Shown here piece by piece: positions 1-14,084 of a stretch of DNA of 64,000 nt. How positions within the stretch are numbered: the stretch's first letter is position 1; each line of letters opens with the position of its first letter. Source of the DNA: Octopus sinensis (taxonomy: Eukaryota); assembly GCF_006345805.1 (NCBI RefSeq), contig NC_043002.1, positions 27,404,001 through 27,468,000 on the forward strand, written 5' to 3'. The position numbers and the translations under genes are program-made. The notes below the pieces were generated by a model. That model was not told where the DNA came from. It ran no database searches and saw only the letters and a list, made by a program, of their open reading frames with translations.

Positions 1-1882
1 GAATTAATACTTATCCATTTAATATTTGTCCTAATGTTGCTGAAAAGCCATTTATTGCATTGGATATATTTTGATTCCATTTGTTGCATTTCGTTTCCAA
101 GGAAACAGTGCTAACCTAGTTTTTCGTTGATATTATCGTAAACATTTTACGTGGCCGCTCGACTTACCGAGAATACCAGTAAAATCTTTCCCAAAGCATG
201 CCATAAATTGCTTGGAAATGAGAGAATTCATTCAATAATGAAGTCCTAGAAACTATATATTCGATACAATGTAAAGGCGCGAGGCATTTACCCGATTCTG
301 GGAGATACGGGAAATAGCAGACATATATCCCTTAAACATACCCTGCCATTACAACAAAACAAACAATAACCATATTCTATAATGTACTCTTAGATATACT
401 ATGTACTGAATATGTGAGATGGTATCTGCAGAAAAGTAATTAAGAACATATAGTCCATCTGGAGTAAATACGTAAATTGCTGTTTGCAAATTTAGTGTTA
501 AAGGTGAAAATTAATCTGTGTGCATGCAAGTGTCTATGTAGTGTGCTATGTAGCGTGTAAAATCCCACTTGTTTTTGTTGTATGCAATTAAATCACTTAT
601 TGGAATTAAATGGTAAAACCATATAATTTGTTAATAGGTAGTCGAATGCCTTATATCAAATATTGGCCGATCTGAAGGTAAGTTGCTTTAATGAGTGAAG
701 GTAAGAAAATAATGCCGGACTGTTCAACACGTGTGAAGAAGTCTTCACTGACAGACTGGCCAAATATATTGTACCCCATTCCACAGCTCAGCAGCAACTC
801 TTAGGGATCCATAGTGTGTCGAGCTAGATGAGCCACAAGCTCGTCGATAGTTTTGTGTTTGCATCCGAATGGGATAAAGCAAAACAGCGACAAAAGGGAA
901 TTAGGTATTAACGTTCCGACATTTAGACAGCGACTGTATAAACGCTCTTGAAAAGCGCGCGTTATTACTCTGGGCGGAAGTCGTCATGTGTATTCCTCCG
1001 TCGTTAGCTTTTAAAGAGCGGAGGACCGCAGCACTAGTGTGCTGCTACGCTAGGTCGAAGTAATTCTCCTGTCCAGCTGCAATATCTTCTGGAAGCATTT
1101 TCTAGTTTGCAGCCATGACAGAGCACCAAAAGACAAGATTTAATTCTATTAGACATTGACTAGAGATTTACTGATGCAGAAATAAAAAAGGAAGAGGAAA
1201 ATACTTCCAGGTGAGGGCTGAAATTAGTACACAGGTAAATCTATTAGTGTTAATGTGCGGAAGTTCGCTACGGTAACTTGAATGATCCTGCAAGTACAAC
1301 GAAATTTTGCAGCCAATTAGAATATATAAAAGACTACGGATGTATGGAATGTGTACATACAGACGTTTTGTTTACCGATGTAGATACATTACAAATGTTA
1401 TACAAACTGGTAACATATTCTACTGCTGTTTCAAGTAGACTATATATTCATATATTTGTTCAAGCTATTTCGTAAGGCGTGTTTACTTTCGTGTGAGCAA
1501 ATATATGATACACAATGTCCACAGAGTGGAGTAATATATTGTGGACTGAGGAATGAGTGAATTCTAACGCATCGATCGGAACCCGTCAAGATAAAAGATG
1601 CAATGATTATTATGGGTAGTGGGAAAGCAATTTATAGCTTGGGAATAATAATAGTTAGTGAAAATGAACAGGAAAAAAAGTAAAAGCAGGGAAATGGCGG
1701 CAAGAAGGTGAAACAAGTGTTTGTGTGACGCAAAAGATTACGGTGTTGAGAAGAAGAGTGATGAACATTAAAGGTGTAGATTAGTATTTATTTATAAACA
1801 TCCTATGTTCATAACACATGCACCGACAAACATATATACTCACACGCGAATAGATACATACGTACATTCATGCAGAAATACA

Positions 1883-1947
<65 letters not shown>

Positions 1948-2201
1948 GTATATGTATATATATACACTTGAAACATTCCTGTCACAACCTGGGACCTTGA
2001 AGACTGCTTTAATGCAAGAAAATATACAAGTCCCGTAATATTTTATATTCAATATTTCATCTATTCCATAAGACAATCAATACTTCATTTCATTTTACTA
2101 TATATACTATTTATACTATATATACTATTTATACTACATTAATATCATAAAGAATATAAATAAAACATAAAAAAACAGACAGAGTTGGAATTCCTTTGAG
2201 T

Positions 2202-2244
<43 letters not shown>

Positions 2245-2303
2245 GTGTGTATGTGTGCGTGTATATATCTATATCTATATATATATATCTATATCTATAT
2301 ATA

Positions 2304-2343
<40 letters not shown>

Positions 2344-2415
2344 ATAATACTTTATTTGTTCCACGTCCACGCGTTGTTGTGTTTTTTGTTTTTTTTTGTG
2401 TTTTCTTGTTTGGAT

Positions 2416-2484
<69 letters not shown>

Positions 2485-2558
2485 GGAGTAAACACATAAA
2501 TGTGAAGCAAGGTGGAAAAAAGAAAAGAGTACTCAAATACCAGTGGTAGAGTAATATG

Positions 2559-3483
2559 CTTTATTTTAAGCAGCAGAAAATTCAACAAAATCTGTTACTC
2601 TGAGTTTCTCGTTGCCGTTCATCAGACAGTTTTTGCTAGAATGGAACTTTATATTAATTCAATCTATACTCTTACAAACGCTACACCTTTAAAAAGAAAT
2701 GGACTTGTTGATTGGCCCTTAGAAAAACGGTCAATCTTCGAGCGATAAACAAAGGTCAAAAATATATGTATATATATATAAATAAACTTATAAAAATTAT
2801 AAAAATTATAAAATCCGAGGAAAAAACCGAGGAAAAAACCTATTGCCGTTAATGAAGACAGTACAAATTAATGCATAGAAATTAAACCTGTTATAAATAC
2901 TGCAATACATATTTATATTAAAATCCACATATATATATCAACATACACAAAAGGATGCGCGTAAACGCCATACATACATATACAGACGTATGAATATGAA
3001 TCTAAATTATACACATAAAAGCATGTGTACATATATTCACGCAAACCGTCTCGCACGCAAGCTAAAATTCATCTATGTAGCAATTCTCATATACTGAGCA
3101 AGGAGGGGGAACGAAAGAAAGGGAAGAGAGAAAAAGGAACGAAGGAGGGGTGGGGAAAAAACTTGTAGCGATGTTATTGGATCTATAGAGGCCAGTATAC
3201 ATACACAAGTTTGAATTGATACATATACATATCGTCGTGTGTATGCGTGCTTAAGCACAAGCATACTTTCACTTACACATACACAGATACGCATGCTTAC
3301 AAATACATATGCTTTGCTATACACATACTTATATAAACATTCTATTTTTGACAACATTGCTTTTTTTTAAAAAAAAAAAACATTGCTTTTAAAAAATGGG
3401 TGCATTAATAAAAATATATACGAAGACATATAAAATAAAATATAACATCCTATTTTGGGTCATTTATAAATAATCAAGGTAAT
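2559..3483. repeat. Left arm of ~925-bp inverted repeat (3' pLTR of PLE-1)
   Basis: Reverse complement of 4405-5331. The visible differences are mostly single-base indels in homopolymer runs. Confidence 0.95.
2587..2635 (-). ncRNA. Minimal type I hammerhead ribozyme motif (PLE-1)
   Basis: Minus strand reads AAAACTGT-CTGATGA-ACG GCAA CGA-GAAA-CTC A GAG-TA-ACAG ATTTT. It has the conserved core, stem I CTGT/ACAG, a GNRA-capped short stem II, palindromic stem III and a GUA cleavage triplet. Confidence 0.75.
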
Positions 3484-3617
3484 CCTATTCGAATACAATA
3501 ACATGAAAACAAAGTTTGTAGGTTTTTCCTAATATATATGTAGAAACATAAGACTTTGCTATAGATCCGTCGTAGCGCTCAAGAGTCAAAATCAAAATCA
3601 AAATCAAAATATATACT

Positions 3618-4386
3618 CTATCCATATGGTATATTTATATTCGACATTTTAAATTTAGCCGCGTGCCTACATAAGTTCATTAACTCACTTCTTTGATTCA
3701 AAGAATTATTGTCTTTGAATAAGATGTGCATTTTCTCTAATAAGCAAAGCCTGCACTTGAAATTATATTTGTAAGCTCCATGCCTGTATGGTGCCGCCCT
3801 GTCCAAATGCTCCATGTCACGTTGAAAGGTGGGGCTTCCTTTTCTTTTAGTTCCCAGACATATTTTGCTAGGCTGGTTTTCTTCCTATTCTCTGGGATTT
3901 AAAAGAATTCTTATGAGATAAAATCTTGTTTTAAATGAATTTTCTGAAGCCCCTGTGTATGTCTTGTATTCCGATGAGCCTTCCACTTGCACCTTGGCTC
4001 TATAAACTACTCCTTTCACTAGACATTTCCCTTAACGGACAGGAGCTTTCGTTTTTGAAATTACATTTCTTAATGGGCTCGGCACCATGTCTAATCTCAA
4101 TTAGCTTCCTATTATATTGGCTAATGTAAGAGGCGAAATTTCTGCAACAAGAATAGCTAACCTTCAGGGTTCTTCTATTAAATATTCTGTAGAATTTATG
4201 ACCCTGCTTAAAATGCTTAGAGACTAATCTCAAAAATTCCTTACCTATATTAGTCTTTACGGCCAAATTGAAAGCCGGGTTGAACCACAAAACTTTCCTG
4301 GTCCTAGTTCTTCGTGCAGCATTATTATTAGCATTAAGCTGGTTGAACTGGATCTTCTCCGAGAATCCACTATTCTTTAGTGCGCT
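3618..4386 (-). pseudogene. Naiad-type PLE ORF C-terminus (thumb/linker plus GIY-YIG endonuclease), about 4 frameshifts
   Basis: Manual translation across frames: ALKNSGFSEKIQF..RTRKVLWFNPAFNLAVKTNIGKEFLRLVSKHF..IFNRRTLKVSYSC..CNFKNESSCPL/CLVKGVVYRAKV..TYTGASENSFKTRFY/TSLAKYVWELKE..TWSI/LDRAAPY..CRLCLLEK..LNQRSELMNLCRH. These motifs are typical of Naiad-clade PLEs. Confidence 0.9.
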
Positions 4387-4404
4387 ATTACCTTGATTAT
4401 TTAT

Positions 4405-5469
<1,065 letters not shown>

Positions 5470-5689
5470 ATATATATGTATACATATATGTATGTATATA
5501 AGTATATAGGTGTTAAAAACTGTATACGCACTTTAAGTGACTATAGAGTCATTGTTTAAATAAATTTCATTTCCAAAATTTAATAGAATATAACGATAGA
5601 ATTTAATTTTTTATTAATTCCTGTTTTCAAACTGTTGACGATTGTGGTTGAGGACTAACGATAACGGGAAGCAATGTAATGGCAGGCGC

Positions 5690-6040
5690 TAATAAAAGGT
5701 TGGTCCTGTATTTGCTTGCATAGAATTTCAATCACTGCTCTCATTTTGTCAGCTGTTGCCCGATTTGTAACCTAACTTTCTTCTTCAAAGTATCCACAAA
5801 GATAAAATCCAGAGGTGTGAAGTCTGGTGGAGGGTCTTTTACTCAACCCCTTCCTCCCATCACCCCATTTGGCAAACTCTCATTAAGATACAGCTTGCGT
5901 TGCTATGTTAATGTGGAGGCATTCAATTTTTACTAGAAATAAAGCACCACACCTTGAAAGTTCTCTAGATTGCTAGCCACGAGATATTGTTGCAGCATGT
6001 TCAAGCAAATGGGACCAGTCACAGACACAAAATTAAAATA
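5690..6040 (-). pseudogene. Decayed Tc1/mariner-superfamily transposase C-terminal fragment
   Basis: Minus-strand translation includes VTGPICLNMLQQYL and PDFTPLDFIFVDTLKKKV, resembling the SPDLTPLDFFLWGYLK motif. Multiple stops and frameshifts. Confidence 0.65.
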
Positions 6041-6296
6041 GTTCAATAATCTGTTTTACTGTCAAATATATAGATCACCCTGGTCATCCGAAGTTTGTTT
6101 CTGGGTGCATATGTTATAGGTGTATTATTGATAAGGAGGGGTTTTGTTTGTTTTGGTGCTGTTAGAGTATATAATTAGTTTAAAATCATAATCAGGAGTG
6201 ATATATTTCGTGCTGCATATGGTTCCATTAGGTGCAGTCTTTGACACATGCGTTTATTTTTATTATGTGTTTTCTCTGTTATATAAATTTGATTGT

Positions 6297-6450
6297 AACA
6301 TAAACATGATTTACATTTGACGGATATTTGTCCTCATCTTGTTTCTTGTTAACACAACGTTTCGGCTGATATACTCTCCAGCGTTCATCAGGGGTCTTGG
6401 GGAAATTTCAAGCCTGGGTTCTCATTTCTAAGCTATTTTTCGATGTTATT
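6297..6450 (-). mobile_element. Short PLE pLTR-derived repeat (family A) with hammerhead motif at 6351-6396
   Basis: Minus strand reads CTGATGA-A-CGCTG GAGAGTATAT CAGCC-GAAA-CGT-T-GTGTT. Homologous copies lie at 36895-37045 and 63600-63728, with a tail piece at 7621-7705. Confidence 0.7.
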
Positions 6451-6465
6451 ATTATTATTATTATC

Positions 6466-6528
<63 letters not shown>

Positions 6529-6942
6529 CTCATGGCTTCTGATCTTAACTTCTCATGGCTTCTGATCTTAACTTCTCATGGCTTCTGATCTTAACTTCTC
6601 ATGGCTTTTGATCTCAACTACTCACGGCTTCTGATCTTAACTTCTCATGGCTTTTGATCTTAACTTCTCATGGCTTCTGATCTTAACTTCTCATGGCTTT
6701 TGATCTTAACTTCTCATGGCTTCTGATCTTAACTTATCATGGCTTCTGATCTTAACTTCTCATGGCTTCTGATCTTAACTTCTCATGGCTTCTGATCTTA
6801 ACTTCTCATGGCTTCTGATCTTAACATCTCATGGCTTCTGATCTTAACTTCTCATGGCTTCTGATCTTAACTTCTCATGGCTTCTGATCTTAACTTCTCA
6901 TGGCTTCTGATCTTAACAATCTCATGGCTTCTGATCTTAACT
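6529..6942. repeat. 23-bp minisatellite, about 18 copies (CTCATGGCTTCTGATCTTAACTT)
   Basis: Directly visible tandem array with few variants, preceded by (AAT)n. Confidence 0.97.
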
Positions 6943-7450
6943 GATTGGAAGTGTTATCATGTATATTGTTTTGTCTTGGTATAAAAGATGGGCTACAGCA
7001 AATATTCTGCTCAATACCACAGATTTGCTTGTCAGTTGTTTGACCTTAACCAGTTGAGCATGTCCCTTAGTGGCTGACGATATGTGCATCTCTGATCACG
7101 AGCAGAAGTAGTGGGGGAGCATCATAGCCATGTGTTGAGAAGGATTCTTTGGGATTTGAATAATTCACCTCTGGAAACATGGGTATTTCGTTCAACGTCC
7201 TTAAACAACCCTTATTCAGGGACCTTTTGAGCGGGATGGGTTACTCGATCTGAAGAAAATTCTAACTGGGCTCCACCTGCAAGGTCATGTGCTGTTTATC
7301 TTGATATGAGATCACCATGTCGCGCACATATGGTTGTGATGCATGTGTCTGGTGTACCCTTATCAGACGGGTAGTCATGATGGGTATACTGGGCTTCGTA
7401 TATTTTACCCCAGTGTCACTTTGATGGCATGCTCTGCTCGCTCACTCTAT
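6921..7450. mobile_element. ~530-bp non-coding interspersed-repeat-like segment bounded by (AAT)n tracts
   Basis: Higher-GC complex sequence bounded by (AAT)n on the right and by the minisatellite plus (AAT)n on the left. Its terminal 22 nt equal the minisatellite unit. Retroposon identity is inferred. Confidence 0.55.
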
Positions 7451-7483
7451 AATAATAATAATATAATAATAATAATAATAATT

Positions 7484-7620
7484 TTTATTTCTTTATTGCC
7501 CACAGGGGGCTAAACATAGAGGGGACAAACAAGGACAGACAAGGGGATTAAGTTGATTACATCGACCCCAGTGATTAACTGGTACTTATTTAATCGATCC
7601 CGAAAGGATGAAAGGCAAAT
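7484..7620 (-). mobile_element. SINE 3' fragment (same family as 12688-13275)
   Basis: GGCTAAACA..GACAAACAAGGACAGACAA..GATTAAG..ATCGACCCCAG..AACTGGTACTTA..ATCGA.CCCGAAAGGATGAAAGGCAAA matches the units at 12835-13200. Confidence 0.85.
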
Positions 7621-8589
7621 AAGATAAGGACAAATATCCGTCAAATTTAAATAATGTAAATAATGTACATAATTCCTCATCTCTTAAATATAGAACTGTG
7701 TAACACTGAATGTGGCACATTTCAGGACACTAGCTGTTACATCGAACCGTCTAGTACAACACTCTCGCACAGATTCAAACTGCACTTGTAATATGGAACC
7801 ATTCCACAACATTACGTCACATACCATAAAGAGAAATTAAAGAAAAATCTACCAAAGGAAAAATATCTACTTTATCAAATTCAACACAGAAATAGAAAAC
7901 GTGTAATGGAAATCAAACAATGCCAAAACTAACACCTAATGTTCACAATGTGACCGCAATAAATGACTGTATATTAATGCATAATGCAAGCGGTAAAAAA
8001 AGATATTGGCGGGAATGTCTACACTGATTCAGTCAGTATATAAGCAGCAACCCAGATGCCAAATATATTCTAATAAATTCTTCTTAATGAGGCAATGAAG
8101 GTCGAGAAGAATTGAATATGTATTTAGAAACTCTACTCTTCCAAAATAACTGTAAAAAATTAAATAGAAATAGGGAAAATATAAAGGAAAAAATAAAACT
8201 TGAATATTGTTGTACATTTAGTGAAAGATATATGCGTATGTGAGTGTGTATATATATATACTTATATACTTAAATAAAAAAAGGGTACAGCGGGTCATAT
8301 GTAATTAAATAATTCACAAAGAAACAGAGGATTATGTAATTAAATTCATTAGCCTGCAAACGTTTCTGCTATAAGGTGCATTAAACACAAAGCTGAATTC
8401 TTGTGCATCACTTTATGATATAGCTTCCTCGGAGCTACACAATGATTTGCAAAGCTGAAACGCATAGCAGAAACAGCAGTTAGCTAATGATGTACATAGT
8501 GTAATTTCCGATTCCTCTGTTATTTAATTTCATATTTAAGTTTTTTTCATACCAAATACTGAGCTGCGGCCAAACTGGAGTAATACGTT

Positions 8590-8920
8590 GAAAGATTTTA
8601 GTCCAACGAATCAAACCGAGTATTTATTTATTAAAGCATGTTCCTTATTATATCACCCTCTTATGCCGAACCGCTACGTTACAGGCCTAATCAAAATGAC
8701 ACTGGTTGTCCAGTGGTCATGTAGACAAATACAAAGACACACACACACACACACACACACATTACAACAGACCTTCTTCGATTTCCGTCTATCAAATCTA
8801 ATCACAAGGCTTTGGCCGGCCTGAGGCTATACTAGAAGACACTTGTCCAAGATACCGCGCAGCAGGACTGAAACGGGAAAAGGTGGTTGGGAAGCATAAA
8901 TATTCCCGCCGAGTATCTCC
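8590..8920 (-). mobile_element. Decayed tRNA-derived SINE (family of 11652-12048 and 44434-44885)
   Basis: TTTCCGTCTATCAAATC..CACAAGGCTTTG..GGCC.GAGGCTATA.TAGAAGACACTTG.CCAAG matches the family core, with the internal (CA)n. Confidence 0.7.
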
Positions 8921-9550
8921 TGCGTTTATAAATTTACGAATATAAGGTGCACTTTCTATAAAACTGAAAAATGGAAATAATGACAATCCTTATCGAAGAC
9001 CCAGAAATATAATTGGTACCTCACCAGAAATTTAGTGAAAATATGACGCACATATCTATAATACTTGCTTTAACATATGTCATTTTCAGCTAAACCAATA
9101 ATTCTTGGCTAACGTTGCAGCTTAGTAGAACATTTACCAATAATAACATATAGGCATTGTATGCCCTTCCCAAAAATATGACAATGGTATACTGCATTTT
9201 CAAAGAACGTCACGTGATGCATTTCTTCCATAAATTAATCCATGGAGCAGCATGTTGTTCTGAATTGAACTGAAGCGTTGAATATTATGAAGGTTTCGAA
9301 TTATAGCGCCGAACTTCATTCCAGCCTCCTCGGTAGTTTTTCTATATAGTTAACTAATTGATTTTGTCGTCTCATAAACGTTGTTATTATTCGGTACATG
9401 GTTAGAATAGGAAATGCTACAGGAAATAGTATGACATAAATGTATGGATATGTATGAGTACGGGTGCACAAACATATATAAAGACAGAAAAACAAGCAGC
9501 CAGATATACAAATATACATACATATATATACATAAATATATACACACATA

Positions 9551-9619
<69 letters not shown>

Positions 9620-9628
9620 TATATATAA

Positions 9629-9683
<55 letters not shown>

Positions 9684-9843
9684 CCGGAGTAAACACATAA
9701 ATGTGAAACAAGGTGGAAAAAAGAGTACTCAAATACCAGTGGTAGAGTAATATGCTTTATTTAAAGCAGCAGAAAATTCAACAAAACCTGTTACTCTGAG
9801 TTTCCCGTTGCCGTTCATCGGACAGTTTTTGCTTTAAATAAAG
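9684..9843 (-). mobile_element. Miniature PLE-1 insertion: tail, hammerhead and 12-nt inverted terminus, in (TA)n
   Basis: Near-identical to 2483-2635, with a hammerhead variant at 9783-9830 (core CCGATGA). It ends with CTTTAAATAAAG (9832-9843), the reverse complement of 9755-9766. Confidence 0.85.
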
Positions 9844-10442
9844 TATATATATATATATATATATATATATTCCTTTATTCTTTTACTTATTTCAGTCATT
9901 TGACTGCAACATTACTGGGGCACTGCCTTGATGGATTGTTGTCAAATGAATCGATATCAGCACTTGTTTTTATAAACGAAGTACTTATTTAATACATTCT
10001 ATTTTTCTATTATTCTATTAGGTTCCCATTCGGAGCTTCCTATCCTCAGTCGAGTTTCAGATAATATTTGCAGTTTCGGCCGATTACACTCGAAACTGCT
10101 GCAATCTAGCCGGCCCCCCAAAAATCTAGGTGGGAGGAGAAGGACAGAAAAAGAAAAGAGAGGGACAGAGTGAGGTAAAAGATGAGGGAAAGTGGGAATG
10201 AAGGGACGGCGAAAAAATGTGAGATGGAGAGCGAGAAAAAGTGGAAAAAACAAAGAAGCTAAGAAGGGAGCTAAAAGAAAGAGTAAAAGAATTTAGATAT
10301 ATATATATATATATGTAATTACATACAGGAGACCAAAAGAGTACATACGCCGCTATATGTATATATAAAAAGAGAAAACAAAAAATGGAACAAGAACATC
10401 CGATCTAAAAAGGACAGGAAAAACAATATTGGCAGATAGACA

Positions 10443-10476
<34 letters not shown>

Positions 10477-10529
10477 CACGTATATATACATATATATATA
10501 TATATATGTAGATAGATAGATAGATAGAT

Positions 10530-10560
<31 letters not shown>

Positions 10561-10603
10561 TAGATAGATGGATAGATAGATAGATAGATATAGATAGATA
10601 GAT

Positions 10604-10636
<33 letters not shown>

Positions 10637-10767
10637 CAGATAGATAGATATATAGGTAGATAGGTCGATAGCTAGGTTAAAATATACAAGCACATATCTT
10701 TATCATCACCTCCTACGTTCTAATACACTGTATTATTCTATTAGTATGTATATATCAATCTTCATCC

Positions 10768-10846
<79 letters not shown>

Positions 10847-10889
10847 TAACCCATACATCCATATATTCCTGCATGCATAACTCGCTCCG

Positions 10890-10965
<76 letters not shown>

Positions 10966-11497
10966 TATAAATATGTGTATGTATGTATGTATTACTGTAT
11001 GTATGTATGTATGTATGTATGTATTTATGTGTGTATGTGTGTATGTATGAAAATATATTTTTACGTAGTTACATCTCTGGTGGTAAGCGCAGATGTTTCA
11101 ATATCAGTGAAAAAATACCCGATATAAAACCGATTATAACCAGCATATATTTTTTCCTTAATCTGATAATGTTGACACTTTGTTACTGCAAGATGTTTAT
11201 AGTGTAAATGTCAAATTTATCAGATTAAGAATAACAATACACATACTTACATATGGTTGGAAAGAGTCTTTGTATTTGTGTGTGGGTGGGTCTCGGTGTT
11301 TGTGTGTGTCTTTATGAAGTTGAATATCTATGTTCGTTTCCAAGTATGCGATTTCGTGTTCATTACCATTACTCAGGAAATGACACCATTAACAAAGCCA
11401 CACGATACGTACATACATAATACATACGTGAGAAAGTTAATTCGAAGATTACATCAATGGAACTGTGAAAATCTGTAAAACTTTCCAGAAGTTTATC

Positions 11498-11530
<33 letters not shown>

Positions 11531-11651
11531 CATACATACATACATACATACATACATACATTCATACACACATATAGTCAGACAGATAAACAAACAGACA
11601 AACATATATACACAGTCCGATATATGCGCATGTACATATATATTATACATA

Positions 11652-12048
11652 CTCTCTTTTACCTGTTTCAGTCATTTGACTGCGGCCATGCTGGAGCACC
11701 GCCTTTAATCGAGCAACTCGACCCCGTGACCTATTCTTTGTAAGCTTATTCTATCGGTCTCTTTTTGCCGAACCGCTAAGTGACGGGGACATAAACACAC
11801 TAGCATCGGTTGTCAAGCAATGCTAGGGGGACAAACACAGACACACAAACACACACACATACATATATATATATATACATATATACGACGGGCTTCTTTC
11901 AGTTTCCGTCTATCAAATCCACTCACAAGGCTTTGATCGGCCCTAGGCTATAGTTGAAGACACTTTCCCAAGGTGCCACGCAGTGGAGCTGAACCCGGAA
12001 CCATATGGTTGGTAAACAAGCTACTTACCACACAGCCACTCCTGCGCC
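11652..12048 (-). mobile_element. Full-length tRNA-derived SINE with internal microsatellite
   Basis: Minus-strand head GGCGCAGGAGTGGCTGTGTGGTAAG..GGTTCCGGGTTCAGCTCC has A/B-box-like motifs. It is collinear with 44434-44885. Confidence 0.85.
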
Positions 12049-12217
12049 ACATATGATATATATGTATACAGGCGTGACTGTCATAACAAGTATGCTTCTC
12101 AATTATATGTTTCCTATACATTCTAGCTACGTGGTAACTTCGGTACCTGATTCAACTGTATCCATGTACAGTCTTGTAATTTAATTTGGAAGACGGAACC
12201 GAATGAAACCTGTCGTA

Positions 12218-12262
<45 letters not shown>

Positions 12263-12308
12263 GTATATATATATATAAAACATATATATATATACATACA
12301 TATATGTA

Positions 12309-12344
<36 letters not shown>

Positions 12345-12687
12345 TGTATGTATGTATGTATGTATATATGTGTGTGAGTGTGTGTATGTATTTGGATGGA
12401 CACCAGTGTGTGTGTACTAGTGTGTGTCCACATTATCGCTTGACAATCAGTGTCATTTTGGCTACGTCCCTTATGAGACCGATTTAATAAACACCACGCT
12501 TTAAATATAAGAACTAAGATCTACTCTTTCGACTGAAATTCTTTAATGCAGTATACAAACAAACACACACATACACACACAACCCAATATATATGGGTGT
12601 TCATCTATGCATATATATATATTTGCATTTATACAGGTATGTATGCATGTACGTATGCAATACAATCCTTTCTACTACAGGCGCAAG

Positions 12688-13275
12688 ATCTGAAATTGAG
12701 TAGGGGAGGTGGCCAGTCGATTAAATCGACTTCAGGACGTAACTGGTACTTAATTTATGGATTCCGAAAGAATGAAAGGAGAAGTCGACCTCGGCGGAAT
12801 TTGAACCCAGAACGTAGCAGCAGACGTTATACCTATTTCTTTACTACTCACAAGGGGCTAAACACAGAGAGAACAAACAAGGACAGACAAACGGATTAAG
12901 TTGATTACATCGACCCCAGAGCGTAACTGGTACTTAATTTATCGACCCCGAAGAGATGAAAGGCAAAGCTGACTTCGGCAGAATTTGAACTTAGAACGTA
13001 ACGGCAACCGAAATACCTATTTCTTTACTACCCACAAGGGGCTAAACACAGAGAGGACAAACAAGGACAGACAGACGGATTAAGTCGATTATATCGAGCC
13101 CAGTGCGTAACTGGTACTTATTTCATCGACCCCGAAAGGAGGAAAGGCAAAGTCGACCTCGGCGGAATTTGAACTCAGAACGTAGCGGCAGATGAAATAC
13201 CTAAAGTCGACCTCGGCGGAATTTGAACTCAGAACGTAGCGGCAGACGAAATACCGCTAAGCATTTCGCCTGACC
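12688..13275 (-). mobile_element. Head-to-tail tandem array of ~180-bp SINE units (about 3 units plus a short duplication)
   Basis: GTCGACCTCGGCGGAATTTGAAC.CAGAACGTA, a B-box-like motif on the minus strand, recurs near 12785, 12965, 13150 and 13205. Intervening bodies are near-identical. Confidence 0.9.
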
Positions 13276-13831
13276 ACCTTATGTATGTAATACTATGTAA
13301 TGTATAGCTTGTTTCCCTCTCGTTTACTTTTTGTCTCGTCTTTATTATAAACAGTAACGGTTTCTGACTAACGTAACTCATAATACCGTTGATGATTTAA
13401 GATCAACATTGCTTTACTTTAACTATATTTTAATTTATTTAAATCATTTAATTACATATCTTAATTCCATAATGTGGAATTCATGATATTTATTGCTAAT
13501 GAAACACTTTGTGAGCCTAATTAAATTATAAACAATTTGCACAATTTTGTCTTTCAGTTTTTCTTTCTTATTCTTTTAATTCAAATTACGTGGTTTAATA
13601 GATAATTTTATCTATATACACGCAAGCCATTCCGCCCAGATTCATTACAATAATGTTCAGTGTTGTATTTTAACAGCCTATTATTTACTGGACTTGTAAT
13701 TACCTTAGATGTTTCCTAGTATGTATATACATCGGTTATTTCTCTCTCTCTCTCTCCCACTCTCTCTCTCCCACTCTCTCTCTCTCCCACTCTCTCTCTC
13801 CCACTCTCTCTCTCTCTCAATTTCTCTCTCA

Positions 13832-13871
<40 letters not shown>

Positions 13872-13951
13872 CTCTCTCTCAATTTCTCTCTCACTCTCTC
13901 TGAATATAGATACATATATATGGATGTGCGTGTGTGTGCGCGAGCGCGTGT

Positions 13952-14019
<68 letters not shown>

Positions 14020-14084
14020 TATAGATAGATAGATAGACAGATATTTTTAGCGTGCACGTATGTGTACGTACTTACGCATTTAGT

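Noticed and set aside
1164-1210. Possible small host exon (AG...CAG/GTGAG)
   Set aside because: The splice-like signals alone are common by chance, and there is no recognisable peptide or partner exon.
6529-6942. CRISPR-like array
   Set aside because: The repeats are contiguous with no unique spacers, there are no cas genes, and the context is eukaryotic.
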